Translations under genes and position numbers: made by a program
Assembly (NCBI GenBank): GCA_011056555.1
Contig: DSEQ01000009.1
Location: 16,281 to 80,280, forward strand
From: Candidatus Zixiibacteriota bacterium
GTDB taxonomy: Bacteria > Zixibacteria > MSB-5A5 > JAABVY01
Reading direction: 5' to 3'
DNA: 64,000 nucleotides
In this document: positions 12,173-22,390 of the stretch, piece after piece
How positions within the stretch are numbered: the first letter of the stretch is position 1
How the letters are laid out: each line of letters opens with the position of its first letter
The notes under the pieces: model-generated
Databases searched by the model: none
Told to the model about the DNA's origin: nothing
What the model saw: only the letters and a program-made list of their open reading frames with translations

Positions 12173-13897
12173 TTACTTCGCGCCTTTTTGCTGAATCCTT
12201 GCCCAGGTATCCCGCAGACCGACAGAACGGTTAAAAACCGGATGATCAGGAGTCGAATCCTCGGAATCCGCAACGAAGTATCCCTGTCGCAAAAATTGGT
12301 AGTATTCCCCCGATTTTGCATCTTTCAATCCCGGCTCGACCTTGCAGCCAGTCAGTATTTCCAGCGAGTCCGGATTGATATTCTTCAAAAAGTCGCCGCC
12401 TTCGGTTGGATCCTCTTTGTCGAATAGACGGTCGAACAATCTGACTTCGGCATCAACAGCATGTTCGGCAGAAACCCAGTGCAACGTGCCCTTCACTCTT
12501 CTTCCATCGGGAGTGCTTCCTCCCCGGGATTCCGGATCATAACTGCAGCGCAATTCCGTAATCTCCCCCGCATCGTTCTTAACAGCCTCATTGCAGGTAA
12601 TGAAGTAGGCATGTTTCAGGCGCACCTCGCGTCCCGGCGCCAGGCGGAAAAACTTCCTGGGCGGATCCTCCAGAAAATCATCCCGCTCTATATATATTTC
12701 ACGCGTGAATACAATAGTCCTGGTTCCGGCGGATTCATCCTCAGGATTATTGACAGCCTCGAACTCCTCTACCTTATCCTCGGGGTAATTCTCGATTACA
12801 ACTTTCAGCGGCCGAAGCACCGCCATCATTCGGACTGCGCGTTTATTCAGGTCCTCGCGCAGGGTATGCTCCAGAAGCGCAATGTCGACCACGCTCTCGC
12901 GCTTGGCCACTCCGATTCTCTCGCAGAATTCACGGATTGACTCGGGCGAGTAGCCCCGGCGCCTGAGACCGGAAATTGTGGGCATGCGCGGATCATCCCA
13001 GCCGCTCACATATTTCTCCTGCACCAGCTGCAGAAGCTTCCGTTTGCTCATAATCGTATAATTCAAGTTCAGACGCGCAAATTCTATCTGACGGGGATGA
13101 TGTACCTCCAGCTGATCCAAAAACCAGTCGTAGAGCGGGCGATGATCTTCGAATTCGAGTGTGCAGATCGAGTGGGTTATGCCCTCGATCGAGTCCGACT
13201 GGCCATGCGCCCAGTCATAGCTGGGATACACGCACCATTTATCTCCCGTACGATGATGCGCGGCATGCTTGATACGGTACATAACCGGATCACGAAGATT
13301 AATATTGCCGGATGCCATATCGATTTTTGCCCGAAGAACCTTGGAACCATCCGGAAAATCGCCATTCTTCATCTTCTCAAATAATTTCAGATTTTCTTCA
13401 ATCGAACGATCCCGGAAGGGACTATTTTTTCCCGGCTCTGTCAGGGTACCGCGATATTCCCTGATTTCCTCGGCATTCAGATCATCAACATACGCCTTGC
13501 CCTCTTTGATAAGCTTGATGGCCCACTCATAGAGCTGCTCGAAGTAGTCCGAGGCATAAAAAAGGCGGTCCTCCCACTTTGCCCCCAGCCATTCAACATC
13601 CTTTATGATCGACTCCACATAGGAGGATTCCTCTTTCAACGGATTTGTATCATCGAACCTGAGATTGAATTTGCCGTTATAATCTTGCGCCAGGCCATAG
13701 TTCAGGCAAATCGACTTGGCATGCCCGATATGCAGCCAGCCGTTGGGCTCGGGCGGAAAACGGGTATGTACGCGGCTGTTATTTTTGCCCTGCTCCAGGT
13801 CCCTGTCGATAATCTCCCTTATGAAATTCGACGGCTTTCCCGGCTTCTCGTTATCATTCTTATTTATCTTATTGTCTTCCATAATATTAATATCCAC
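12173..13897 (-). CDS. glnS: Glutaminyl-tRNA synthetase
   Basis: Class I HIGH motif ([14 protein letters not shown]) and KMSKS variant (IMSKRKL), with GlnRS-type N- and C-terminal beta-barrel regions. The product is 574 aa. Confidence 0.95.
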   Translation of the reverse strand: MDINIMEDNKINKNDNEKPGKPSNFIREIIDRDLEQGKNNSRVHTRFPPEPNGWLHIGHAKSICLNYGLAQDYNGKFNLRFDDTNPLKEESSYVESIIKDVEWLGAKWEDRLFYASDYFEQLYEWAIKLIKEGKAYVDDLNAEEIREYRGTLTEPGKNSPFRDRSIEENLKLFEKMKNGDFPDGSKVLRAKIDMASGNINLRDPVMYRIKHAAHHRTGDKWCVYPSYDWAHGQSDSIEGITHSICTLEFEDHRPLYDWFLDQLEVHHPRQIEFARLNLNYTIMSKRKLLQLVQEKYVSGWDDPRMPTISGLRRRGYSPESIREFCERIGVAKRESVVDIALLEHTLREDLNKRAVRMMAVLRPLKVVIENYPEDKVEEFEAVNNPEDESAGTRTIVFTREIYIERDDFLEDPPRKFFRLAPGREVRLKHAYFITCNEAVKNDAGEITELRCSYDPESRGGSTPDGRRVKGTLHWVSAEHAVDAEVRLFDRLFDKEDPTEGGDFLKNINPDSLEILTGCKVEPGLKDAKSGEYYQFLRQGYFVADSEDSTPDHPVFNRSVGLRDTWARIQQKGAK

Positions 13898-14100
13898 CTT
13901 TGAGCATTCTCATATCATACAATTCGAACAATCCGGAAAATAATTAATGTCTTTTTTCGTTCAAAACAAAAATCTCTCCAGTCTTCCAATTTTGGAAAGC
14001 CTAAATATATAAAAAATCGGCCGCTCCACAACATAAATCAGCAAATCTCAAATCGTGGGCAGGATGACAAAAATTCTCTCGAAAAGCCCACAAAAAGGGC

Positions 14101-14128
14101 TTGACAAAATCGGCATTTAATATATAAT
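14101..14128 (+). promoter_or_regulatory. Near-consensus sigma70-type promoter for the TrpR-family gene and trpB
   Basis: TTGACA (14101-14106), a 16-nt spacer, then TATAAT (14123-14128). It lies 34 nt upstream of the ATG at 14162. Confidence 0.55.
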
Positions 14129-14147
14129 GTTTCTATAAATAGAAACA
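14128..14147. promoter_or_regulatory. Palindromic operator candidate (TGTTTCTAT-aa-ATAGAAACA)
   Basis: Two perfect 9-bp inverted arms around a 2-nt centre. The site starts at the last base of the -10 hexamer and covers the expected transcription start. Confidence 0.5.
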
Positions 14148-14161
14148 CTTGTAGATGAGCT

Positions 14162-14473
14162 ATGCGATCAGTCAACAAAGTAATCAAAATATTCAGCGAA
14201 ATTAATGATCCGACAGTCATGCGGAAACTCTTCAGCGAGATTTTTACTCCTGCTGAGATTCAGGATGTCGCTCTTCGATGGCGTCTGATGGAGATGCTCG
14301 ACCAGGGTATCCCCCAGCGTAAAATCGCTTCGGATCTCGGTATCAGCCTGTGCAAGATAACGCGCGGCTCAAAAATTCTCAAAAAGCGAAATTCTGTATC
14401 GAAGAGACTCTTGAATCAAACAACAGGAGGAAGAAATGCAGGTAAGAAAACGAATCGAAAACCAGCCGGATAA
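14162..14473 (+). CDS. Trp-repressor family (TrpR/YerC/YecD-like) DNA-binding protein
   Basis: 103 aa. The segment [46 protein letters not shown] matches the TrpR-family HTH, including the ITRGS motif. The 3' end overlaps the trpB start by 38 nt. Confidence 0.8.
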   Translation: MRSVNKVIKIFSEINDPTVMRKLFSEIFTPAEIQDVALRWRLMEMLDQGIPQRKIASDLGISLCKITRGSKILKKRNSVSKRLLNQTTGGRNAGKKTNRKPAG

Positions 14474-15656
14474 TAAAGGTTATTTTGGAGAATACGGCGG
14501 ACGATATGTCCCCGAAATACTTATTGAAATTCTGGATGAAATCACCACAGCATATCTTAACTTAAAGGACCAGAAAGGTTTCAAGGAAGAGCTCTCCTAT
14601 TTATACCGGCATTATGTCGGACGCCCCAGTCCGGTTTTCTATGCTCAAAATCTCTCAGCCAGACTGGGCGGCGCCAAAATCTATCTAAAGCGCGAAGATT
14701 TAAACCATACCGGCGCCCACAAAATCAACCACTGCCTGGGCGAGGCGCTGATTGCCAAAAAGATGGGCAAGAAGAAGATAATCGCCGAAACCGGAGCGGG
14801 ACAACATGGCGTCGCATTGGCAACCGCCGCAGCAATTGTCGGGCTGGAATGCGAAATCTATATGGGCGAGGTGGATATGGCCAAGGAGGCGCCCAATGTC
14901 ACCCGTATGCGTATTCTTGGCACCAATGTCGTGCCGGTCGGATTCGGCCTGAAGACGCTTAAAGAAGCTGTTGATGCCGCCTTTGAGGCTTATATGAAGG
15001 ATCCGGTCGACCAGTTCTATGCCATCGGCTCAGTAGTGGGCCCGCATCCATTTCCAATGATGGTGCGCGATTTCCAGCAGGTTGTGGGCGAGGAGGCTAT
15101 GGTTCAGTTCATGGAGCTGACCGGCAGGCTGCCCGATAATCTGGTGGCATGCGTGGGCGGCGGATCAAACGCCATTGGACTTTTCTCGGCCTTCCTCGAC
15201 GAGGACCGGGTCGAGATGTATGGCGTTGAACCAGCAGGGCTTAGCTTCAAGAAAGGTGAACACGCCGCGACCCTGACCCTGGGTTCTCCGGGGATGATTC
15301 ATGGCTTTAAATGCTATCTTCTGCAGGATGACCAGGGGCGTCCACTCCCGGTCTATTCAATTGCTTCCGGCCTCGATTACCCCGGAGTCGGCCCCCAGCA
15401 CAGCTACCTGAAAGACATCGGGCGGGTGCAGTATAAAACCATTAATGATAAAGAGGCGCTGGATGCCTTCTTTACGCTTTCGAGGGAAGAGGGGATCATT
15501 CCGGCTCTTGAAAGCGCGCATGCCGTTGCTTATGCCATCAAGATGGCTCCCGATCTGGATCAGGATAAGACCATCCTCGTGAACCTCTCCGGAAGAGGGG
15601 ACAAGGATATAGAATATGTGGTTGAAAAATATGGCAAGAAATATGGGATAGCATGA
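14436..15656 (+). CDS. trpB: Tryptophan synthase beta chain (no trpA adjacent)
   Basis: Motifs [39 protein letters not shown] (PLP lysine), GGGSNAIG and [15 protein letters not shown]. An AGGAGG Shine-Dalgarno sits just upstream of the ATG. Confidence 0.95.
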   Translation: MQVRKRIENQPDNKGYFGEYGGRYVPEILIEILDEITTAYLNLKDQKGFKEELSYLYRHYVGRPSPVFYAQNLSARLGGAKIYLKREDLNHTGAHKINHCLGEALIAKKMGKKKIIAETGAGQHGVALATAAAIVGLECEIYMGEVDMAKEAPNVTRMRILGTNVVPVGFGLKTLKEAVDAAFEAYMKDPVDQFYAIGSVVGPHPFPMMVRDFQQVVGEEAMVQFMELTGRLPDNLVACVGGGSNAIGLFSAFLDEDRVEMYGVEPAGLSFKKGEHAATLTLGSPGMIHGFKCYLLQDDQGRPLPVYSIASGLDYPGVGPQHSYLKDIGRVQYKTINDKEALDAFFTLSREEGIIPALESAHAVAYAIKMAPDLDQDKTILVNLSGRGDKDIEYVVEKYGKKYGIA

Positions 15657-15688
15657 GGAATGTGAAGACTCAATACTTCTTTGATGCG

Positions 15689-15722
15689 ACCGGGCAGCGG
15701 TTTGATACGCTGTCCGGTTTTA
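15689..15722 (+). terminator. Rho-independent terminator after trpB
   Basis: Stem ACCGGGCAGC / GCTGTCCGGT (one G-U pair), a 10-nt loop, then TTTT. Confidence 0.6.
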
Positions 15723-15782
15723 ATTAGCGTGTGGATTGGGTCGGGGTTTCAATCTCTCTGTCTATAAATTCCGGCTTAAATT

Positions 15783-16730
15783 TTAGTCCGTGAACATCGA
15801 ACTGATGCTGTCGCGGTCATGGATGCGCTTTATGGCTTCCCCGAATAGAGGCGCCGCAGAGACAATCTCAATCTTGGGAGAAAATTCTTCCGGCTGATTT
15901 TCCACGGTGTCTGTAACAAGCAGCTTCTTGATAGGGCTGTCATCTATCTTGGCCATCGATCCCTCTCCAAAGACTCCATGAGTCACCATGGCATAAATCT
16001 CTGCCGCGCCCATCTCCTCCAGTTTGCGCGATACATCAACAAGCGTGCCGCCCGAAATCGTAAAATCGTCAACCACAATCGCAGTCTTACCTTCCACATC
16101 GCCGATAACTTCCAGAATCTCGGCCTTCTCATCATGTGCGGTGCGGCGTTTATCCCCGATGGCGACTGAGGCATCGAGCCGTGATGCATACCTGCGGGCC
16201 TGATTGGCAAAGCCGGTATCGGGAGAGACAACCACAATGTTCTTGAGCTTCAGTTCCATGATTCGGTCGCATAAAACAGGCAGGGCATAGAGATTATCCA
16301 CCGGAACACGGAAAAATCCCTGAATCTGCGGGGCATGAAGATCCATCGCCACAACGCGGTCTGCGCCGGCAGCCTCGATAGCATCGGCGCATACACGGGC
16401 GCGTATCGATACCCGCGGCTCATCTTTTTTGTCCCCCTTGGCATAGCTGAAATACGGCATTATTAGGGTCACAGAATCGGCGCTGGCACGGTTCAAGGCA
16501 TCGATCCAGAATAATAGTTCCATGAAGGCATCGTTGGAGGGAAAAACTGTGGACTGGACAAGGTACACACCACGGCCCCTCACATTTTCAAGTACCCTGA
16601 CAAAAGTATTGCCTTCAGAGAACTTGAATACCTCGCCCCGGGCAGGCTTGACCATCAGATAATCACATATTTTTTCGGTCAATTTGATACTGGCCGAGCC
16701 GGAAAATATCATCAAATCATCTTTATCCAT
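15783..16730 (-). CDS. prs: Ribose-phosphate pyrophosphokinase
   Basis: 315 aa with DLHAPQIQGFF and the PRPP-binding loop AIVVDDFTISGGTL. Confidence 0.95.
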   Translation of the reverse strand: MDKDDLMIFSGSASIKLTEKICDYLMVKPARGEVFKFSEGNTFVRVLENVRGRGVYLVQSTVFPSNDAFMELLFWIDALNRASADSVTLIMPYFSYAKGDKKDEPRVSIRARVCADAIEAAGADRVVAMDLHAPQIQGFFRVPVDNLYALPVLCDRIMELKLKNIVVVSPDTGFANQARRYASRLDASVAIGDKRRTAHDEKAEILEVIGDVEGKTAIVVDDFTISGGTLVDVSRKLEEMGAAEIYAMVTHGVFGEGSMAKIDDSPIKKLLVTDTVENQPEEFSPKIEIVSAAPLFGEAIKRIHDRDSISSMFTD

Positions 16731-16748
16731 AAATATTCTCCCCGCTTG

Positions 16749-17288
16749 TTATTTTCCAAATTCTATTTTGAAGACCCTTTCAGCTTCATGGTCTATCTCA
16801 TTACCAATCAATGAAATGGAATTTATGTTGAAATGCCATCTAAAATCACGAAACGCCAGCAGCTGCATGGCGCAGTTCAGGTTATCCCTGTCAACATCCG
16901 GGTAGGCGAGAGATATGTGCGGTATCCAGTGTGCAGACTCGAAATCCTCCACCATGTTCTTTGCGGCCGGCTGGATCGCATTCCAAATCCTTTCGTGCAG
17001 GCTGTTTATCTCACCTGTCCTGACCACAGGAATCTGGATAATTGGATTCTCGCCGGTAAACACGGCAATTCCGCCGGTGCGCACGCGAAACGGTGACGTG
17101 CCGGATGCCAGTTCTTCTATGATTTGAGCAGATTTATTGATATCATACTGCTCGGCAACATGCCATGAAAAATGCGGTATGGGGGCTGCTTTGATGCCGC
17201 TGAGACCGCACTCCCTCTCCAGTTCATCCCAGATATCCTCAACAATCTGGTAATATGGATCCGGCAGTTCTGATACTATGCCATACAT
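16749..17288 (-). CDS. 2H phosphoesterase superfamily protein (LigT / 2'-5' RNA ligase-like)
   Basis: Two HxS/T motifs are spaced as in 2H enzymes (PHFSW and PHISLAY). The product is 179 aa. Confidence 0.7.
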   Translation of the reverse strand: MYGIVSELPDPYYQIVEDIWDELERECGLSGIKAAPIPHFSWHVAEQYDINKSAQIIEELASGTSPFRVRTGGIAVFTGENPIIQIPVVRTGEINSLHERIWNAIQPAAKNMVEDFESAHWIPHISLAYPDVDRDNLNCAMQLLAFRDFRWHFNINSISLIGNEIDHEAERVFKIEFGK

Positions 17289-17391
17289 AATTCTTAATTA
17301 TAATCCTCATGAAATTAGATCTTTTGATCAATCAGAAAAAAAGTGCGGTAAAGTTTGCGGAAAGTCAACAATATTAAGCGGATTAGGGTTT

Positions 17392-17613
17392 CTATTTTAG
17401 TTTTGCGGCATAAACATGATACATCACAAAACGGATCAAGGCAAAAACCGGGACCATGATTAAAAGGAAATATGGAATCTGGTTTTGAATCAATTTCCAG
17501 ACAATCATGCCCAGCCAGACCAGTCCCACAATCATCAAGGTCGCCCGGTTGGCCAACAGCCAGCAGATACGCTGCCGTTCATCCATACTAAGAATATCCA
17601 TCTCCGATCTCAT
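17392..17613 (-). CDS. Small membrane protein (two TM helices), partner of the XRE regulator
   Basis: 73 aa with two hydrophobic helices. Its start abuts the stop of the upstream XRE gene with no intergenic gap. Confidence 0.5.
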   Translation of the reverse strand: MRSEMDILSMDERQRICWLLANRATLMIVGLVWLGMIVWKLIQNQIPYFLLIMVPVFALIRFVMYHVYAAKLK

Positions 17614-17826
17614 CTATTCAAACTCCTCGTTAAGTTGAAATAAATCATCCACTTTCATACCAAGAACTTTGGCGATTCTGAATGCCAGCACTGCGGAGGG
17701 GGCATATTTTCCCTTCTCAATCGAGATTATTGTCTGTCTCCTGACTCCAACCATTTGAGCCAGTTCCTCCTGCGTCAGGTTCAGACGCGCTCGATGCTGC
17801 TTGATATGATTCTTTAATCCAATCAT
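17614..17826 (-). CDS. XRE-family helix-turn-helix transcriptional regulator
   Basis: 70 aa. LTQEELAQMVGVRRQTIISIEKGKYAPSAVLAFRIAKVLG is a canonical Cro/CI-type HTH. Confidence 0.85.
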   Translation of the reverse strand: MIGLKNHIKQHRARLNLTQEELAQMVGVRRQTIISIEKGKYAPSAVLAFRIAKVLGMKVDDLFQLNEEFE

Positions 17827-17838
17827 AATTGTAATTAA

Positions 17839-17878
17839 TACATTACATAATGTAATGTATAGCTTACATTACGTCAAG
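17839..17878. promoter_or_regulatory. Operator and promoter region of the XRE gene
   Basis: A perfect palindrome with 10-bp arms (TACATTACAT-a-ATGTAATGTA, 17839-17859) plus a third half-site TTACATTAC (17864-17872). On the minus strand, a TTGACG -35 candidate (17872-17877) and a TACATT -10 candidate fall among these sites. Confidence 0.45.
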
Positions 17879-17959
17879 CAATTTTTACTTTTTTTTAAAA
17901 TATAAAGATTTTGTGTCTATTCTTTAGTTGTTGTCGGTCTTTTGACAGATGCAGCCCGA

Positions 17960-18445
17960 TCAGGCCCGCTCGTAAGCTTCCCTCAAAGTGCTCATTTCAA
18001 TCTTATTCATTTTAAGCAATGCCTCTGTTACCCTGTTCGATTTGGCAGCATCACCATCATCCAGCATATCATTCAAGCCAACCGGTACAACCTGCCAGGA
18101 GACCCCATATTTGTCTCTTAGCCAGCCGCACCGTTCTTCTTTTCCACCCTGGGAGAGTTTTCCCCACAATCCGTCAACTTCCTGCTGGGGTTTGCATTTT
18201 ATGAGAAATGATATAGCCGGAGAGAATGAGAAGTGCGGCCCGCCGTTCAAAGCAATGAATTCCTGTCCCTCGAGCGTGAATTCGATCGACATTACCGATC
18301 CCTCAGGTCTCCCCGAGGCCCCGGCAGACGATTTGTTGTAGTAGATAGTTTTTTCTATTTTGGAGTTCGCAAAAATAGAAGTGTAAAACTTCACCGCCTC
18401 TTCGGCATTATCATCAAACCACAAGAATGGAGTTATTTTCTGCAT
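17960..18445 (-). CDS. VOC-superfamily protein (PhnB / 3-demethylubiquinone methyltransferase-like domain)
   Basis: The N-terminal KITPFLWFDDNAEEAVKFYTSIF and C-terminal CGWLRDKYGVSWQV are typical of this family. Confidence 0.8.
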   Translation of the reverse strand: MQKITPFLWFDDNAEEAVKFYTSIFANSKIEKTIYYNKSSAGASGRPEGSVMSIEFTLEGQEFIALNGGPHFSFSPAISFLIKCKPQQEVDGLWGKLSQGGKEERCGWLRDKYGVSWQVVPVGLNDMLDDGDAAKSNRVTEALLKMNKIEMSTLREAYERA

Positions 18446-18458
18446 ATATTCCCGGCTC

Positions 18459-18974
18459 TCATTTTTCTGTCAAATTATTTTCCAGATACTCTTGAAGGCA
18501 GTCGAGGCTCGAATTCCAGCCTTCCATGACGCCCATGTCCTGGTGTTTCTTTTTATCTTCAGCCGTGCGATGCATGATTCGCACAGTCAACTCTGTCTTA
18601 CCTCTCAGGTCTTCAAAAAGCGTGGTTACTATAATACCATGCGGCAGATCTAAAGAGGCCGAGTTTTCAAAATCTTCCCCGAACTCATCGGTTGAGGTTA
18701 TCCTATCGGGTTTCACAATTTCTTTGAAGACTCCTTCAGATGGATACCTCTTGCCATCCTGACCGATCATCACATAACGCCATTTGCCGCCCTCTTTCAG
18801 ATCAAGCTCTTCCACCTCTGTCGAAAAGCCTTCAGGTCCCCACCACTCCTCAATATGCTCGGGATCAGTCCATGCTTTCCAGACCAGAGCACGCGGGGCA
18901 TCGAGTTCACGCGAAATGACAATCTCATGCGTGCCAGTGTTTGCCGCTCTATTATTCTTAATTTGTTTTTCCAT
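18459..18974 (-). CDS. SRPBCC-family protein (AHSA1 / Aha1-like)
   Basis: 171 aa. ISRELDAPRALVWKAWTDPEHIEEWWGPEGF matches the AHSA1-domain N-terminus. Confidence 0.8.
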   Translation of the reverse strand: MEKQIKNNRAANTGTHEIVISRELDAPRALVWKAWTDPEHIEEWWGPEGFSTEVEELDLKEGGKWRYVMIGQDGKRYPSEGVFKEIVKPDRITSTDEFGEDFENSASLDLPHGIIVTTLFEDLRGKTELTVRIMHRTAEDKKKHQDMGVMEGWNSSLDCLQEYLENNLTEK

Positions 18975-19014
18975 AATTATCCTCGCTTTCTATATAATCT
19001 TCTGACGATCACGG

Positions 19015-19464
19015 TCAGTTTCTTGATTCTGATATTTCTTTTACTTTATCGAGGGCCTTCTCCCACAAGGTCTTAAACTGGTCCAGGTATTCCTCGCCGA
19101 TATCCTGCTCAATAGAAAGCCGCGACTGGCCGTTAGTCTCGCTGATTCGATATGTTTCTGTGAAACCTATCCAGTTCTGAGCTTCTTCGTCTTCAAAGTC
19201 CTCCTTACCATCTTTGAGGATTCCCTGATGTTCGAAGGAAATGACCTCGGCCGGCCTGTGAACTGTTATCTTGCTGACCATACCATCACCCTCAGGAGTT
19301 TTGAACAGCGCTTTTCCGCCCTCCTTCCAATCCGATTCAGCATATGAACCCGGATGAAAGACGGAGGTCCATTCTCTGAAGGTCTCGTCCTGCAGAAGAA
19401 CATCCCAGACTCTTTCCTTGGGAGAATTTATATCGACAGACAATTTAAGGATCTGCTTTTTCAT
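19015..19464 (-). CDS. SRPBCC-family protein (AHSA1-like), second copy
   Basis: 149 aa. INSPKERVWDVLLQDETFREWTSVF follows the same pattern as the neighbouring gene. Confidence 0.75.
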   Translation of the reverse strand: MKKQILKLSVDINSPKERVWDVLLQDETFREWTSVFHPGSYAESDWKEGGKALFKTPEGDGMVSKITVHRPAEVISFEHQGILKDGKEDFEDEEAQNWIGFTETYRISETNGQSRLSIEQDIGEEYLDQFKTLWEKALDKVKEISESRN

Positions 19465-19647
19465 ATTTAACTCCTTTATTAATTATTCAAGAATAGGTAA
19501 TCACTTTCGGTACTGTCTCTATAACAGAAATGAGCGCTGTGCAGTTTTGGAAAAAATTGCGATTTAAAATAAATATAAATCCTGAGGCTTAATAAAGATT
19601 ACTTTGTAATGCAATCTTTATCAACAGGAGGGGTAATGAACGGAGCA

Positions 19648-20862
19648 TTAAGGTACCACTATGCGCGGGATTTCCTCGGGCAGGCGGACCAGAATTTCGT
19701 AATTCAGGAATTGAGCCAGATCGCTGAATGATCCGACTGTAATCTGCTGTTTTTTCTGGGATCCGATAATAACGACATCGTCGCCAATATTGACTTCCGG
19801 AAAATCGGTAACGTCGATCATCATCATATTCATATTGACAATACCCACCACCTGGGCACGCCGCCCGCGCACCAGAACATAGCCGCGGTTGCTCAACTGG
19901 CGTGCGAAACCGTGAAAATATCCGATCGGAACAGAGGCGATTTTCTGATTTCTGGCGGTCATATATGATGTCCCGTATCCGATAAATTCTCCCTTACCGA
20001 CCTCTTTGATATTCATGATTCGGCTTTTCCAGGTCATCACGCGCTTTAATGGATCGAGCTGCTTCTTGCTGCGGGGAGTGCCATTATGCATGAAGTAATG
20101 CATCTGTGTCTCTTTATTGGGCCAGAAACCATACTGTGCGATTCCAAACCGCACGAGGTCCATACGTGTGTCCGGATATCGCAGGGCGGCCGCGGAACAG
20201 GCGGTATGCCAGAGCTTTATTTTCAGGCCCTTTCTTGCCAGATCAAGCGCGGTTTCCTTGAATTTGTGTATCTGTTCCTGAACTCTCACATAATTACTGA
20301 TACTTTCGGCGCCGGCATAATGGGTGCAGATACCCTCGACCTTCAGATATTCGGCATTGGCTTTGATAATTCTGACGGCCCGATTGAGATCTCTTCCTGC
20401 CAACCCGGTACGGTACATACCGGTTTCGAGCTCGAGATGAATGAGGGCCGGCCGGCCGATCTTCCTGGCTGCTGTTAATGTCTTTTCCAGCCATTCCACC
20501 GTGAAAATATAGAATGACACCTCATTTTCAATCGCCCATTCAAGGGCGCTGGCACACAAATCGCCCATAATCATTATATGACTGTCCTCAGTCAGACTCT
20601 GATGTGCGATCAGGGCCTCATAGGCGCTGAAGACCGAGAAGTGCCGCACCCCGCATTGCTCAGCAAGCGGGACAAAGGTGCGGATATTATGCCCGTAGGC
20701 GTTCCCCTTGATTACCGATGAAAAAATGGTGCGGGGGCCGATTATTTTCTGAAGAAACTTGATATTTTTCTTCAGCGCCGATTGGCTCAGCTCGATGCGC
20801 GAGGTATGAAAGGAAATCTCGCGCCGCTTCTTTTCCGATATGGTCGATGAAATATAAGTCAT
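19648..20862 (-). CDS. alr: Alanine racemase family PLP enzyme
   Basis: PLP-lysine motif VIKGNAYGHN, then GIAQYGFWP, and IGYGTSY containing the second catalytic Tyr. The product is 404 aa. Confidence 0.8.
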   Translation of the reverse strand: MTYISSTISEKKRREISFHTSRIELSQSALKKNIKFLQKIIGPRTIFSSVIKGNAYGHNIRTFVPLAEQCGVRHFSVFSAYEALIAHQSLTEDSHIMIMGDLCASALEWAIENEVSFYIFTVEWLEKTLTAARKIGRPALIHLELETGMYRTGLAGRDLNRAVRIIKANAEYLKVEGICTHYAGAESISNYVRVQEQIHKFKETALDLARKGLKIKLWHTACSAAALRYPDTRMDLVRFGIAQYGFWPNKETQMHYFMHNGTPRSKKQLDPLKRVMTWKSRIMNIKEVGKGEFIGYGTSYMTARNQKIASVPIGYFHGFARQLSNRGYVLVRGRRAQVVGIVNMNMMMIDVTDFPEVNIGDDVVIIGSQKKQQITVGSFSDLAQFLNYEILVRLPEEIPRIVVP

Positions 20863-22001
20863 TTACTCAACAACCTCTTGATGATCATCTCAAATAATTG
20901 TACGCCGGTCAGAATCAAATCATCAGGAAAATCATACGTGGGATGGTGCAATGCCGGTTGATTTTCTCCGGCTCCAAGTCCGAAAAGCGCACCCTTATAT
21001 CTATCTGTAAAATTGCCGAAATCCTCGGACCATGGAAATGGTATGGGCTGTTCGAATTTATCTAAGCCAAGATCATCAGCGATTTCCACGATCAACCTGA
21101 CCATTTCATCGTCATTGACTGTCGAGGGGAAGATTTCATCCCACTGGATTTTTGTCTCCAGATTCCAGCTATTGCAGAGACCCTTGACCATGTCCTCACA
21201 TTTTGCTGAAATTCTCTCCATCACCTCGTCTGAATGCGACCTGAGAGTGGCCATCACATTTCCATATCCCGGCGATGTACCGAAGGCGCGTTCACCCACA
21301 CGGGCATGTATAACCGTTACTTGCGCCGCTTCATGCAGCGCTGAATGAAACTGCGAGATAGCGCTGAAACCATTGATAAGCTGGGCGACGGCCATGGTTG
21401 GACTTTTGCCCTTCTGCGGTTCGGCGGCATGAGAGGTCTCACCCATAAGCTCGACGATCAGACCTTTTGAGGCCGAGGCAAAGACTCCTTCTCGATAGAC
21501 CACCTGTCCCACGGGAAATCCGGGAAGGTTATGTAAGGCGAATACATAATCGGGAGTGATCCGTGAGAACTTGTCGTCATCCAAAACCCACTGAGCGCCC
21601 TTGCCCACCTCCTCGCCCGGCTGATACAAAAGCACGACCCGGCCCTGAGCGGGACGATTGGCATGAAGTCCCTGCGCCAGGCCGGATACGATTGTCATAT
21701 GACCGTCATGCCCGCATTTATGGGAAACTCCATCGCTCTGGGAGGCATGCCCGAGTTCGATTGACTCCGGAATCGGCAAGGCATCCAGATCGCAGCGGAT
21801 CAAAAGCGTGGGACCGTCGGACTCTCCATCATATATGGCTGCAAGGCCATAACCGCCGATACCCTCAACGAATTCATCGGGCTGATATTTGCGCAGGTAC
21901 TCCTCGATCAGGGCCGACGTTTTTTCTTCCTTGCCGGAAAGTTCTGCATTGCGATGCAATGTTTTCCGCAGTTCCAGCAATTCATCCAGTTTTATTTCCA
22001 T
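20859..22001 (-). CDS. M20-family amidohydrolase (M20D, aminoacylase/hippuricase-like)
   Basis: 380 aa with metal-ligand regions IRCDLDALP, SHKCGHDGH and GETSHAA. The stop overlaps the alr-like start by 4 nt. Confidence 0.85.
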   Translation of the reverse strand: MEIKLDELLELRKTLHRNAELSGKEEKTSALIEEYLRKYQPDEFVEGIGGYGLAAIYDGESDGPTLLIRCDLDALPIPESIELGHASQSDGVSHKCGHDGHMTIVSGLAQGLHANRPAQGRVVLLYQPGEEVGKGAQWVLDDDKFSRITPDYVFALHNLPGFPVGQVVYREGVFASASKGLIVELMGETSHAAEPQKGKSPTMAVAQLINGFSAISQFHSALHEAAQVTVIHARVGERAFGTSPGYGNVMATLRSHSDEVMERISAKCEDMVKGLCNSWNLETKIQWDEIFPSTVNDDEMVRLIVEIADDLGLDKFEQPIPFPWSEDFGNFTDRYKGALFGLGAGENQPALHHPTYDFPDDLILTGVQLFEMIIKRLLSK

Positions 22002-22390
22002 CTGCTCTCCTGCAGCGCTTCTGATTTCGAAATAACATATATATTATAGTATCGCACTATATTACAGTTCTTCGATATGTAATTGCGAAAATATGTTAAT
22101 TTCTACAAATGGCAAGCTCTTTACTGATTGCTGACTTTTTTGGATCACTGATTGATTTTTCAATCAATTCTTATTATATTTGATATATGTTACGAAAACC
22201 GGTATGACGAAATAATTATCTGGATACAAAAAAAGGGCTGTTTGGGCAATTAGGCCGTTTTTCCTCATGATCCTGCATCAGCCATCTGGCAATTGTTCAT
22301 ACTAATTGAATTATCGTTGTACAATTTATGCAGGGCAGCGGCTTTCTTCCGGATAATCAACCCTGTGTATCCATCAAAAAGGAGTATAAA

